Counted from the stretch's first letter, positions 40,344 to 50,458 are shown. The stretch: 64,000 bases of DNA from Veillonella parvula (GCF_945949885.1 NZ_CAMFFZ010000005.1:13010-77009); one strand, 5' to 3'. A program made the numbers and translations. Notes: a model not told the origin generated them from the letters alone.

Positions 40344-41066
40344 ATGACTATTATGAAAGCAAATTGTGACACCGCTTTTAGTCCCATGAAAGACCCCATA
40401 GACCGTCATCCTTTGCATATTGGTATTGTCCTCCTTGTGGGAGGGCAATCCAAGCGCATGGGATGTAATAAGCAACTCTTGCCCTGGCGTGGTAAGACTG
40501 TTCTAGATGCGGTCTGTGGGGCTCTTCAATGTGGATGGGGTGGACAGGTAGTTTCTGCTGCGTCGTGTAAACTACCTTTTGTGGCAGTTACTGGTGATGA
40601 TCATGAGAAACTAGAACCTATTGTCACAAGCTATGGTTTTGAAGCCATTCGAAATGACCATCCTGAACTAGGGCAAGGAGTATCCATAGCGTTGGGAGTA
40701 CATCATTTGGTGAATACGTCGCCCATACCGCTAGACGGTATTCTCTGTTCAGTAGGGGATCAACCACTTCTGACGAGTGCTGTTGTACATGAGGTCATTA
40801 GTGTATTTAGTGATAACTTTCATCCGAAAACTATCGTCGTTCCACATTATGGGGCGAATTATCACTCGGGGAATCCTGTTATCTTTGGTTCTCATTGGTT
40901 TGATTTTTTACAACAGATTCAAGGGGATCAAGGCGGTAAGACCATTATTCGTGGTGCTGGTAAAGCCCATGTCGTGAAACTATGGATTAGTGATGATATT
41001 GGCGACGATATAGATACACCCGATGATTTTGAGCGTTTGAAACATCGTGAAAGTGAGGCATTATGA
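40344..41066 (+). CDS. mocA: MobA/MocA-like nucleotidyltransferase (molybdenum cofactor cytidylyltransferase likely)
   Basis: IGIVLLVGGQSKRMGCNKQLLPW is the NTP_transf_3 signature. Sits within the hydroxylase locus. Confidence 0.75.
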   Translation: MTIMKANCDTAFSPMKDPIDRHPLHIGIVLLVGGQSKRMGCNKQLLPWRGKTVLDAVCGALQCGWGGQVVSAASCKLPFVAVTGDDHEKLEPIVTSYGFEAIRNDHPELGQGVSIALGVHHLVNTSPIPLDGILCSVGDQPLLTSAVVHEVISVFSDNFHPKTIVVPHYGANYHSGNPVIFGSHWFDFLQQIQGDQGGKTIIRGAGKAHVVKLWISDDIGDDIDTPDDFERLKHRESEAL

Positions 41067-41875
41067 AACCATTGGTACTCATGCGTGGAGGCGGAGACAT
41101 CGCTTCCGGCGCTGTATATAGATTGAGACGGGCGGGCTATCCCGTTGTAATTAGTGAAATAGCGATTCCTACCATGATTCGCCGCGAAGTATGTTACGGT
41201 AATGCGGTTCATCGTGGAGAAATGATTTTGGAACGTTTTGTTGCTCGTCATGTGTCTATTAGTGAAGTGAAGGATACATTGGCACAGGAAATCATTCCCG
41301 TTGTCACTAGCTCATATGAGGAATTATTGGACACTTTAAAACCAGAGATTGTAGTCGATGCTATTTTGAGTAAAAAGAATCTTGGAACAAAACGAGATGA
41401 TGCAGAGCTCGTTATAGGTGTTGGCCCTGGATTTACTGCTGGAGAAGATGTAGATGTGGTCATTGAAACGATGCGTGGTCATTCATTAGGTCGCTGTATC
41501 TATGATGGGCCGGCTCAACCTAATACAGGTATCCCTGGAAATGTAGGTGGCTACACTCATGAGCGCGTTATCCATTCTCCAAAGGCTGGACTATTTACAG
41601 CAAAACGGCATATTGGCGATTCTGTACAAGCCAATGAGGTGATTGGTTATGTCGATGAAGAACCAGTCCGAGCTAAAATTACAGGCATTCTACGAGGAAT
41701 TTTAAAAAGTGGGCTCATCGTATCAGATCATTTTAAGTTGGCTGATGTGGATGCTCGTTGTGAAGAGTCTCATTGTTATAGTATTTCAGATAAATCTCTA
41801 GCTGTTGGTGGTGGCGTTTTAGAGGCTGTTACTGCTTGGGATTATGAAAGGAATCTAGATGAAAACAATTTATGA
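41063..41875 (+). CDS. yqeB: YqeB/EF2563-family selenium-dependent molybdenum hydroxylase system protein
   Basis: VLMRGGGDIASGAVYRLRRAGYPVV N-terminus typical of this family. Overlaps the flanking genes. Confidence 0.75.
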   Translation: MKPLVLMRGGGDIASGAVYRLRRAGYPVVISEIAIPTMIRREVCYGNAVHRGEMILERFVARHVSISEVKDTLAQEIIPVVTSSYEELLDTLKPEIVVDAILSKKNLGTKRDDAELVIGVGPGFTAGEDVDVVIETMRGHSLGRCIYDGPAQPNTGIPGNVGGYTHERVIHSPKAGLFTAKRHIGDSVQANEVIGYVDEEPVRAKITGILRGILKSGLIVSDHFKLADVDARCEESHCYSISDKSLAVGGGVLEAVTAWDYERNLDENNL

Positions 41876-42587
41876 TGTGATGAAAAATCGTCTACAGGTT
41901 ACTGAAACTACCGTGATGGTTACAGTTCTATCCGGTCCTCGTCAAGGGGATAAGACTATTTATGCCGAAGATGGTAGCGTCCTATATGGTACTCCTATTG
42001 AAGGCTTTACTGTAGATAAAGCAAAGCTAAATTCTCTCTGCATGGTAGGCGAAATGGAGTGTTTCGTACAACCTGTAGAAAATGATCCGTCAGTTCTCGT
42101 ATTAGGCGCAGGTCATGTTAGCCGAGCTATTACTGATTTGCTGTTGTTTATTGGCTGTCGTGTTACAGTCGTAGATGACCGTCCAGAATATGTGGTTCCT
42201 GAATTCTTTGATGAACGTGTTACACGTAAGTGCTTACCTTTAGAAAACTTTAAGAATGATTTACCTCTTGATGAATATAATGGCTTTATCATTGTGACGC
42301 GTGCTCATGAGTACGATAATATATGTTTAGAACAATTGCGTGGTTACTTGCCTACGTATATGGGTGTTATGGGTAGCCAAAAACGCATTCATCATGCTTT
42401 TGAAGTGTTGCGTGAGCAAGGTTGGACCCAAGATGAGTTAGATATGATTTATGCTCCAATTGGTCTAGACCTTGGTGCACAAACACCTGAGGAGATTGCA
42501 TTATCTATCGTTAGTGAATATTTGGCAGTGGTACGTGGTAAAAAAGGCGGCTCATTGCGGAAAGGTAGAGTGAGCCATGAATCGTGA
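41859..42587 (+). CDS. xdhC: XdhC/CoxI-family molybdenum cofactor insertion chaperone (N domain + Rossmann domain)
   Basis: VLVLGAGHVSRAITDLL Rossmann motif after an XdhC_CoxI-like N domain. Confidence 0.8.
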   Translation: MKTIYDVMKNRLQVTETTVMVTVLSGPRQGDKTIYAEDGSVLYGTPIEGFTVDKAKLNSLCMVGEMECFVQPVENDPSVLVLGAGHVSRAITDLLLFIGCRVTVVDDRPEYVVPEFFDERVTRKCLPLENFKNDLPLDEYNGFIIVTRAHEYDNICLEQLRGYLPTYMGVMGSQKRIHHAFEVLREQGWTQDELDMIYAPIGLDLGAQTPEEIALSIVSEYLAVVRGKKGGSLRKGRVSHES

Positions 42588-42891
42588 GTTTATTGAATAT
42601 CTTAGTGAACGTAAAAACGAAACCTTAGCAGTAGCCACTATTTTATATACCCGTGGATCCACACCTCGTAAAGCTGGTACATCTATGGTTGTATTTCCTG
42701 ATGGCTCTATTTTTGGTACTATTGGCGGCGGTCGTGCAGAAAATGAAATCCGTCTAAGTGCTGTGGACTCTTTGAATAAAAAAGAAGCTCACCGCCGTAT
42801 TGATGTTCTCCTCGATGATGACGTAGCTGTTAAAGAAGGTATGGTTTGTGGGGGGCAAATGGATGTTTGGATTGAAACACAAAACATCTAA
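42577..42891 (+). CDS. XdhC_CoxI N-domain-only protein
   Basis: ATILYTRGSTPRKAGTSMVVFPDGSIFGTIGGGRAE matches the XdhC N-terminal domain pattern. 104 aa. Confidence 0.7.
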   Translation: MNREFIEYLSERKNETLAVATILYTRGSTPRKAGTSMVVFPDGSIFGTIGGGRAENEIRLSAVDSLNKKEAHRRIDVLLDDDVAVKEGMVCGGQMDVWIETQNI

Positions 42892-42952
42892 TAAAAATCT
42901 CATTCAGCGTTTGTTTATAAATTTACAGTACTTTCAAAATGAGTTAAAATAT

Positions 42953-42990
42953 AAGGTACAGTCAAAGAATTGACTGTACCTTATTATTTT
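42953..42990 (+). terminator. rho-independent terminator of the hydroxylase operon
   Basis: AAGGTACAGTCAA / TTGACTGTACCTT followed by ATTATTTT. Confidence 0.8.
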
Positions 42991-43008
42991 GTATAAGGAG
43001 CTATTTTT

Positions 43009-43821
43009 ATGCATATTGACGCACTTATACATACCTTTAGGCTTCTTGATATTGTTGATATCATAATCGTTGCCATTGGTATTTACTATTTATATAAATT
43101 GCTTAAAGATACGAGGGCCGTTTCTCTTTTAAAAGGTCTCGTTATGTTGGCAATTTTAAATTTATTGAGTCATTTGTTAAATCTATACGTTATCAACTGG
43201 ATTTTGCAACAAAGTATGACCGTTCTTCTCTTTGCGTTACCGGTTGTATTCCAACCAGAATTGCGTCGTGCTCTAGAACAATTGGGGCGTGGACGAATTT
43301 TCAGCAAGGCACAAAATGTAAACGAAGAAGAAATGGATATGGCCATTAATGAAGTAATGGCTGCGGCTCGCGTTATGTCTCGTGAACATACGGGGGCACT
43401 TATCGTTTTTGAACGTGAAGTAGGTCTCAATGACTTTGTAGATACTGGTATTCTTATTGATGCTGTATTGAGCCGCGAGTTGATTAAAAATATTTTCGTT
43501 CCAAGTACACCTCTTCATGATGGGGCCTTGATTATTCGTGATGGGCGAATTCGTGCAGCAGGCTGCTTGTTGCCGTTGACTGAGGACCGCACATTGAGTA
43601 CTGAACTAGGTACACGTCACCGTGCAGCTATTGGTTTGTCTGAGCAAACTGACGCTGTTGTAGTCGTTGTCAGTGAGGAAACAGGGACTATTTCTTATAC
43701 GTATGGCGGTCATATTTATCGCCATTTACCAGAGGATCAAATTAAAGAGGCATTGCGCACCTTTATGGAACGCCCTCGTCAAACCATTACTAGTATGTGG
43801 AAATGGAGGGCAAATAAATGA
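43009..43821 (+). CDS. cdaA: diadenylate cyclase CdaA
   Basis: Three N-terminal TM helices plus the DAC domain motifs DGALIIRDGRI.AAG and GTRHRAA. Confidence 0.9.
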   Translation: MHIDALIHTFRLLDIVDIIIVAIGIYYLYKLLKDTRAVSLLKGLVMLAILNLLSHLLNLYVINWILQQSMTVLLFALPVVFQPELRRALEQLGRGRIFSKAQNVNEEEMDMAINEVMAAARVMSREHTGALIVFEREVGLNDFVDTGILIDAVLSRELIKNIFVPSTPLHDGALIIRDGRIRAAGCLLPLTEDRTLSTELGTRHRAAIGLSEQTDAVVVVVSEETGTISYTYGGHIYRHLPEDQIKEALRTFMERPRQTITSMWKWRANK

Positions 43822-44744
43822 TGATTCATTTGAAACGCAATTGGCCTGCTAAATTATTATCCTTGTTAGCGGCTATCGTTATGTGGTTCTTTATTATGCG
43901 TGATCAGAACCCTGTGATGGAGGTAACCTATACAATACCTGTACAGGTTCAAAATCTCAATTCTGGCTATATCATAGAAGATGCACCAGATGTGGTCCGT
44001 GTTGTACTAGCTGGCCCACGTGATACCATTATGTCTATGAAATCAGATAATTTACGGGCTTATATTGATGCATCCGGTGTAAAACCAGGTCAAAATAATG
44101 TAACTATTAATTTTACTCCTCCTGCAGGAATGAATCTTGTGGAGGTTAAACCAGACACCATCACCATCAATGTTGATGAATATGCAGAGAAAACAATTCC
44201 TGTTGAAATAGTTCCAATCGGTAAGTTCTCTGATGATATTGCTTTGAAATCGGTAACGATTGTGCCGAAAGAGGTAACTGTTTCTGGACGCAAACAACAA
44301 GTTAACGCAGTGAATAAGGTTGTCATGAAAGTTAATGTGGCTGGTCAAACGAAGAACTTTAGCGCTGTTAGTACTTTAGAAGCTTGGGATACGGCAGGTA
44401 ATGTACTGGATGTACATATTAATCCAAACCAAGGTCAAGCACAATATGAACTTAACTTATTACGTAAAGAAAAGGCAGTTCCTATTACTGTTCCGACTGT
44501 TGGTACAGTAGCAGAAGGTTATGAAGTTAAGTCTACGTCTGCTACACCAACGCAACTAACGGTTACCGGTCGTGAAGAAATGATTGATTCCGTTACAGAA
44601 ATACAAACAGAACCTATCGATGTGTCGGGTGCTACTGAAACTGTACAGGGTAATTATAATTTGGTATTACCGAATGGAGTTAATAGCAATACCACAACGG
44701 TACGGGTGAAAGTAGAAATACAAAAGAAAGTACTTAATGGATGA
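43818..44744 (+). CDS. cdaR: CdaA regulator CdaR (YbbR-domain protein)
   Basis: N-terminal anchor and repeated YbbR-like beta modules. Start overlaps the cdaA stop. Confidence 0.85.
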   Translation: MMIHLKRNWPAKLLSLLAAIVMWFFIMRDQNPVMEVTYTIPVQVQNLNSGYIIEDAPDVVRVVLAGPRDTIMSMKSDNLRAYIDASGVKPGQNNVTINFTPPAGMNLVEVKPDTITINVDEYAEKTIPVEIVPIGKFSDDIALKSVTIVPKEVTVSGRKQQVNAVNKVVMKVNVAGQTKNFSAVSTLEAWDTAGNVLDVHINPNQGQAQYELNLLRKEKAVPITVPTVGTVAEGYEVKSTSATPTQLTVTGREEMIDSVTEIQTEPIDVSGATETVQGNYNLVLPNGVNSNTTTVRVKVEIQKKVLNG

Positions 44745-44782
44745 TAAGTTTTTTGTGAGGCTTTGAAATCTTGTGACAAAGA

Positions 44783-44820
44783 CCCTAATAGAGCGAATAT
44801 TTCTCTATTAGGGCCTTTTT
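44783..44820 (+). terminator. rho-independent terminator after cdaR
   Basis: CCCTAATAGAG / CTCTATTAGGG followed by CCTTTTT. Confidence 0.85.
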
Positions 44821-44960
44821 ATGATTTATATATTAGCTTTTATGGTAGTGTTGTATAATAAAGATGTATGACTATTTTCTTACAGATCAAGTGGTAAAGA
44901 ATTTTGGTCAAAGATTAAAGAAGTAGGCTCGCCTAAAAGGGAGGCTTTAATAGGAAAGAT

Positions 44961-46559
44961 ATGATTAGAATAATAAATCTCCGCGTGGCTGTTACGGTTA
45001 AGTCGGATATCAGAAGTATTGTAGAAAAGAGATATCCCCCGTTACGTGGTGCTATCGAAACGATTCATGTTGTTCGACGTGCCGTAGATGCCCGTAAGAA
45101 GCCAAACATTGTTTTTGTATATACCCTATTCATTGAGGTTCATAATGAAGCTCAAGTTATGAAAAAGCTTGGTAAAGAAAAGGATGTATCTGTATTTGCT
45201 GCAGAAGATCCAGAACCTATAGTTTTGGGGTCTGTACCATTAGCACATCGTCCTGTTGTTATGGGCTTTGGTCCTGCGGGGATGCTTGCAGCCTTTTACT
45301 TAGCTCGTGAAGGCTATCGCCCTATCGCACTTGAACGCGGTCAAGATGTAGATACACGTAGTCATGATGTAGAAACATTTTGGAAGAAGGGCGTATTTAA
45401 ACCTGAATCCAACGTACAATTTGGGGAAGGTGGCGCAGGAACTTTTTCCGATGGTAAGTTGACAACTCGCATTACCCATCCGCGTTTACATGAGATATCT
45501 AAATACTTTGTTGAGTTTGGTGCGCCTGAAGAAATATTATATAAACATAAACCTCACGTAGGTACAGATAAATTGCGTACTATGGTAAAAGCCATGCGTG
45601 AGCGCATCATCGAATGGGGCGGTGAAGTCCGTTTTGGTTCTAAGGTAACGGATTTGTTTGTTGAAAATGACCGTATCGTAGGCGTTGAAGTTAATGGTAG
45701 TGAGCGTATTGATACGACTGTTGTTTTGTCTGGTGTAGGCCATAGTGCGCGTGACACATACGAGATGCTTCATAAACGCAATGTGGAAATGACGGCAAAA
45801 CCCTTTGCTATCGGTGTTCGTATTGAACATGATCAGGCTGTAATCGATGAGTCCCAATATGGCGTGGAACCATCTAGCTTGGGCCTCGGTGCAGCAGAAT
45901 ACTCTCTCGTATACCATGATAAAGAAACAGGCCGTACTGCGTATAGCTTCTGTATGTGCCCAGGAGGTCAAGTAGTAGCATCTGCCTCTGAAAATGGTGG
46001 CGTTGTCGTAAATGGCATGAGTTTGTACGCTCGTGATAGCGGTGTTGCCAATAGTGCTATCGTGGTCAACGTAGGTCCAGATGACTTTGGTACTCATCCA
46101 TTAGATGGCGTCGCATTCCAACGAGAATGGGAACGAAAGGCCTATGAGTTGGGCGGATCTAATTTCCATGCACCTGCACAAACAGTAGGGCAGTTTTTAG
46201 GGCTTTCACAAGCACCTAGTGTACAAAATAGTATATATAGCTACGAGCCAGGTGTCGTGAATTGCGATTTACATGATTGCTTGCCACCGTTCGTCACATC
46301 CGTATTAGAGCGAGCCTTGCCATACTGGGGCCGTCGTATCCGTGGATTCGATAATCCTGCGGTGTGTATGACAGGCGTTGAAACGCGTACCTCTGCACCG
46401 CTTCGTATGGGACGCAATGAAGAACGCATTTCTCCTACTGTAGGAGGTTTCTATCCTATGGGTGAAGGAGCTGGCTATGCAGGGGGAATTATGAGTGCTG
46501 CCCTTGATGGTGCGGAAACAGCCATTTTATGTATGGCAAAATACGCTAAACCTAATTAG
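44961..46559 (+). CDS. FAD-dependent protein of the COG2509 type (uncharacterised dehydrogenase)
   Basis: GFGPAGMLAA dinucleotide-binding motif after a ~90-aa N-terminal domain, and a GEGAGYAGGI C-terminal motif. Confidence 0.8.
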   Translation: MIRIINLRVAVTVKSDIRSIVEKRYPPLRGAIETIHVVRRAVDARKKPNIVFVYTLFIEVHNEAQVMKKLGKEKDVSVFAAEDPEPIVLGSVPLAHRPVVMGFGPAGMLAAFYLAREGYRPIALERGQDVDTRSHDVETFWKKGVFKPESNVQFGEGGAGTFSDGKLTTRITHPRLHEISKYFVEFGAPEEILYKHKPHVGTDKLRTMVKAMRERIIEWGGEVRFGSKVTDLFVENDRIVGVEVNGSERIDTTVVLSGVGHSARDTYEMLHKRNVEMTAKPFAIGVRIEHDQAVIDESQYGVEPSSLGLGAAEYSLVYHDKETGRTAYSFCMCPGGQVVASASENGGVVVNGMSLYARDSGVANSAIVVNVGPDDFGTHPLDGVAFQREWERKAYELGGSNFHAPAQTVGQFLGLSQAPSVQNSIYSYEPGVVNCDLHDCLPPFVTSVLERALPYWGRRIRGFDNPAVCMTGVETRTSAPLRMGRNEERISPTVGGFYPMGEGAGYAGGIMSAALDGAETAILCMAKYAKPN

Positions 46560-46746
46560 TGGGGAAATTATACTGATGGATTGAATTACAGTATAGATTC
46601 ATACTATTTATGTAATATAGATGTGACTTTATAGTAGGTATGCTTTCTATATTGTGATATAATACACAACAGTAATTATTGAAATGATACACACGGTAGA
46701 TATATAGACTTGTGAAACTTTCACAAATCCTTAAAGGAGGATAATT

Positions 46747-48099
46747 ATGGCTCGTTTATTTGGTACAGATGGTGTACGTGGTGTTGTTAATGAGTTTTTA
46801 ACGCCAGAATTAGCCTATCATTTAGGTCGTGCGGCAGGAACGCATTTTGGTAAGGAAAAGGAACATCCTACGTTCTTGATTGGGCGCGATACGCGAATTT
46901 CTGGTTCTATGCTTGAAAGTGCATTAGCAGCGGGCATTTGTTCTGTTGGCGGTAATGTAGTGATTGCAGGCGTTATCCCAACTCCAGCAGTAGCGTACCT
47001 TGTACGTCAACAAGGGTTTGATGCGGGTGCTGTTATTTCTGCATCTCACAATCCATATCCAGATAATGGCATTAAATTCTTTGATAGCAATGGCTATAAA
47101 TTACCTGATGAAGTGGAAGATGAATTGGAAAAATATGTTCGTCAAAGTGCAGATAATGAATTGGCGCGTCCTACAGGGAATGGTATAGGTAAAATTGAGT
47201 TTAATAGTAACTTGGCTCATTTATATGCTCATTTCGTACGTCACACAATCGATACGTCCCTTGAAGGGTTGACTATCGTTTATGATGGTGCCAATGGCGC
47301 AGCTTCCAGTGTAGGTCCGGAAATTTTGTCTGGACTAGGGGCTAAAGTCATCAATATTAATGTGAATCCAGATGGCTTGAACATCAATCATCACTGTGGT
47401 TCTACGCATATCGAAGGATTGCAAGTAGCTGTGCAACAACATAATGCAGACCTTGGTATTGCTAATGATGGCGATGCTGACCGCTGTTTATTGGTTGATG
47501 AAAAAGGTCAAGTTCTCGATGGCGATCAAATTATGTTGTTATGCGCTCTTAAGTTGAAAGAAGAAGGCAAACTTAAAGGTGATACCATAGTTGGTACCGT
47601 TATGAGTAATATCGGATTCCATAAAGCAGCAGAAGAACTTGGTATGAAAACGGTTTCCACTGCTGTTGGTGATCGGTATGTATTGGAATACATGCGTGAA
47701 CATAATCTTTCCGTTGGCGGTGAACAATCTGGTCACGTAATCTTCTTAGATCACAACACCACTGGTGACGGTATGTTAACAGCTGTTCAAGTGGCGGCTC
47801 TTATGAAGGAGAAAAAGCAGCCTCTTTCTGAATTGGCTTGCATTATGACAAAATACCCACAAGTTCTTGTAAATGTTCGTGTAGCTACAAAAACTGGCTG
47901 GGAAGATAATGATCTTATCAAAGCTGCTATCGTAACAGCTGAAGGAGAGCTCGGTGACGAAGGTCGCGTACTTGTACGTGCCTCTGGTACAGAACCACTC
48001 ATTCGCGTTATGGCAGAAGGTCCAGACCAAGAAACATTACAATCATTATGTGAAGAAATCGCTGATATTATCGGTAGAGAACAAGGGTTGGCAGAGTAA
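46747..48099 (+). CDS. glmM: phosphoglucosamine mutase
   Basis: MARLFGTDGVRG N-terminus, active-site SASHNP, GDGDADR and GEQSGH motifs. AAGGAGG RBS. Confidence 0.95.
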   Translation: MARLFGTDGVRGVVNEFLTPELAYHLGRAAGTHFGKEKEHPTFLIGRDTRISGSMLESALAAGICSVGGNVVIAGVIPTPAVAYLVRQQGFDAGAVISASHNPYPDNGIKFFDSNGYKLPDEVEDELEKYVRQSADNELARPTGNGIGKIEFNSNLAHLYAHFVRHTIDTSLEGLTIVYDGANGAASSVGPEILSGLGAKVININVNPDGLNINHHCGSTHIEGLQVAVQQHNADLGIANDGDADRCLLVDEKGQVLDGDQIMLLCALKLKEEGKLKGDTIVGTVMSNIGFHKAAEELGMKTVSTAVGDRYVLEYMREHNLSVGGEQSGHVIFLDHNTTGDGMLTAVQVAALMKEKKQPLSELACIMTKYPQVLVNVRVATKTGWEDNDLIKAAIVTAEGELGDEGRVLVRASGTEPLIRVMAEGPDQETLQSLCEEIADIIGREQGLAE

Positions 48100-48114
48100 C
48101 ATAAAATTGAGATT

Positions 48115-48168
48115 AAGACCTCTGAGGTATCTAGTAGTAATTTAGATACTTTAGAGGTCTTTTTTTTC
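48115..48168 (+). terminator. rho-independent terminator after glmM
   Basis: About 19-bp stem AAGACCTCTGAGGTATCTA / TAGATACTTTAGAGGTCTT followed by TTTTTTT. Confidence 0.8.
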
Positions 48169-48223
48169 TCAATATTAAATTAATTAGATATGAGGTGGAA
48201 ATTCCCCATGACATTTATCTTTA

Positions 48224-48252
48224 TTGACTGAAAAGAATTCATAAATTATAAT
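48224..48252 (+). promoter_or_regulatory. near-consensus sigma-70-type promoter of the islet operon
   Basis: TTGACT (48224-48229), 17-nt spacer, TATAAT (48247-48252). Confidence 0.55.
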
Positions 48253-48316
48253 TAGCTCATCAAATATTCATGAGTTTTAAATGAAGCTTTGCGCATGGTT
48301 TATAAAGGTGCTGATT

Positions 48317-49870
48317 ATGGAGTCAAAGAAAAAGAAAGATTATCGTGATAACTTTAGAAATGCATCTATCTCTGGTGGGATGGTAGAGACCGTTGATAGA
48401 TTTGGTTCTGCAAACAAAGAGCATTTAGTTGCGTATTCTGGGATTGATAATGAGCGTTCTAAAGTATTAAAAAAAGGATTAGAAAGAACAGCAAGTTCAA
48501 AAGTTAATTCTAAGTACAAATTTAAGAATGAACACCAACAAGCTGGATTTTCTGCTGAAGATAAAACAGTAGCACGTGCTAATGCAGAGGCAATTATTGA
48601 AAAACGAACAGAGCGCATGGTTCGTACTGATGATATAGGAAGAGTAAATGATCCTCTTTATGATACGGTAATTATAGATCGTGATGGCAATATAGTAGAA
48701 GGAAGTGGAACACAACTTAAATTTGTTGGTGCTGCTGAGAAAGATCCATCAGGAAAATATACTGCAAAACGTGTTGTAGATTATTTAAAAAATAGTAAAA
48801 GAGATAAGTATTGGGAAAATGATGTACCGGTAGAGATTCCATCAGATCAATATAAATCTGTTAAGGATGAATTATTAAAACAAAAAAATAGTATAAAACG
48901 ACAACTTGAAAGTAAAAAAATAAGTGAAGAAACTAGAGCTAAAAAAGAATTACAACTTAAGAAATTAGAAAAAATAGAATCCAAATTGAAAAAAGGTCGA
49001 GTTTCTTCTGCTGAGGCTATAGAGGCTCGTCGTAATCCTAAATTATCAACAATTAAGGACATAAATAAATTATCGCATAGGGCTGGTTTAGAAGGTGCGA
49101 AATATGGAGCTGCTATAGGTGGTATTATGTCGATAATTAATAATACCGTAGCGGTATGCCGTGGCGAGAAAAGCATGTCAGAGGCTATAAAACATGTTGC
49201 ATTAGATACGGGTGTTTCAGGAGGAGTTGGCTATATTTCTACGTATACTGGTGCTGCAATAAAAGGGGTGATGCAAAATTCAAGTAATGCATATATTAGA
49301 ACTATATCTAATACGGGTTTGCCTGGCATTATGGTTTCCGCTACTCTTGCAAGTGGAAAAGTTTTAAATAGATATTTAAAGGGGGAAATAGATGGTGTTC
49401 AGTGTTTGCAAGAGTTAGGACAAGAGAATATGAATATGATTTCTTCTTCTTTATATGCAGTTATTGGGCAAGCACTTATTCCAATTCCTGTTGTGGGAGG
49501 GATAGTAGGCGGAATGATGGGGTATGCATTATCCTCCGCAACATTTAGTTTGCTAAAGAATGCACTAGAAGAAGAGAAATTAGTAAAAGAAAATCGAATA
49601 TTGATTGAAAAAGCTTGTGCTGAACATATTCAGAAAATGCAAGATTATAAGCGTGATTTAGAAGAGTTTGTTAATAAATATATAGCTGAAAGGATTGATT
49701 TATTTAATGAGTCTTTAACAGGGGTTTTGGATGCATTAAATATTGATGATACAGAGTGGTTTGTAGACAGCTGTAATAGTATTACTAAACAATATGGTGG
49801 TGATCCTCTTGTTGACTCTCAAGAAGAGTTTAATAGGAAAATGATTTCCAAAGATGTTTTTGTATTATAA
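48317..49870 (+). CDS. islet protein A: unknown N-terminal domain + Lys-rich coiled coil + Gly-rich hydrophobic (glycine-zipper-like) segments + helical C-terminus
   Basis: ATG at 48317 follows AAAGGTG. Coiled-coil stretch KQKNSIKRQLESKKISEETRAKKELQLKKLEKIESKLKK. Hydrophobic small-residue segments GAKYGAAIGGIMSII, TGVSGGVGYISTYTGAAIKG and IPIPVVGGIVGGMMGYALSS. I recognise no family. Confidence 0.75.
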   Translation: MESKKKKDYRDNFRNASISGGMVETVDRFGSANKEHLVAYSGIDNERSKVLKKGLERTASSKVNSKYKFKNEHQQAGFSAEDKTVARANAEAIIEKRTERMVRTDDIGRVNDPLYDTVIIDRDGNIVEGSGTQLKFVGAAEKDPSGKYTAKRVVDYLKNSKRDKYWENDVPVEIPSDQYKSVKDELLKQKNSIKRQLESKKISEETRAKKELQLKKLEKIESKLKKGRVSSAEAIEARRNPKLSTIKDINKLSHRAGLEGAKYGAAIGGIMSIINNTVAVCRGEKSMSEAIKHVALDTGVSGGVGYISTYTGAAIKGVMQNSSNAYIRTISNTGLPGIMVSATLASGKVLNRYLKGEIDGVQCLQELGQENMNMISSSLYAVIGQALIPIPVVGGIVGGMMGYALSSATFSLLKNALEEEKLVKENRILIEKACAEHIQKMQDYKRDLEEFVNKYIAERIDLFNESLTGVLDALNIDDTEWFVDSCNSITKQYGGDPLVDSQEEFNRKMISKDVFVL

Positions 49871-49879
49871 GGAGGAAAA

Positions 49880-50446
49880 ATGTATTTATCTGGTAATGAT
49901 TATGAAGTTGCGTTGTATTATTTGTTTATGCTTTCTGATAATAAATTGACTGATGATGAAATGAAACTTTTTAAAAATATATGCTTTCGTTTAGATAAGA
50001 TGGATTCATACGAAGCCATTATAAATTATTGTGATTCACTAGGAAGAGAATCTAGCTTTACGAAGTTAGAAAATGAAAAAATTGCCGAGCAATTAGAAAG
50101 CTATTACTACTCTAAAGAAATTGATTCTAAATTTTCTAAAGGTCGTTTGATTGAAATCATATGGAATCTTATTGGGTTAGCAAAAAGTGATAGTGATTAT
50201 AGTGAATTTGAAAAGCATATGATTTTACATCTCTGTAATTCTTGGAATATTAATGAATCAGTTTATAAAGAGTTATTAGATTGCTCTCGGACTATGGATT
50301 GCATCGAATCTTATAGAGGTTGGGTTAGAAATACATTATCTGCTGATAAAGGGCTATTTGAAGAGGAGAAGCTTATTGATGATCAATTAACCCTAATTCA
50401 AAATATGGTAGCTAATTCAGCAAAAGAATTTACTATAAATGCATAG
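49880..50446 (+). CDS. islet protein B: cytoplasmic helical protein, TerB-like (tentative)
   Basis: GGAGG RBS. Two copies of the TerB-type pattern: MLSDNKLTDDEMKLFKNI and LAKSDSDYSEFEKHMILHL, compared with A.ADG.....E...l. Confidence 0.7.
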   Translation: MYLSGNDYEVALYYLFMLSDNKLTDDEMKLFKNICFRLDKMDSYEAIINYCDSLGRESSFTKLENEKIAEQLESYYYSKEIDSKFSKGRLIEIIWNLIGLAKSDSDYSEFEKHMILHLCNSWNINESVYKELLDCSRTMDCIESYRGWVRNTLSADKGLFEEEKLIDDQLTLIQNMVANSAKEFTINA

Positions 50447-50458
50447 GAGGTTAATATT

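Noticed and set aside
40161-40475. 104-aa minus-strand ORF spanning the yqeC/mocA junction
   Set aside because: It is antisense to two well-supported, tightly packed plus-strand genes and has no RBS.
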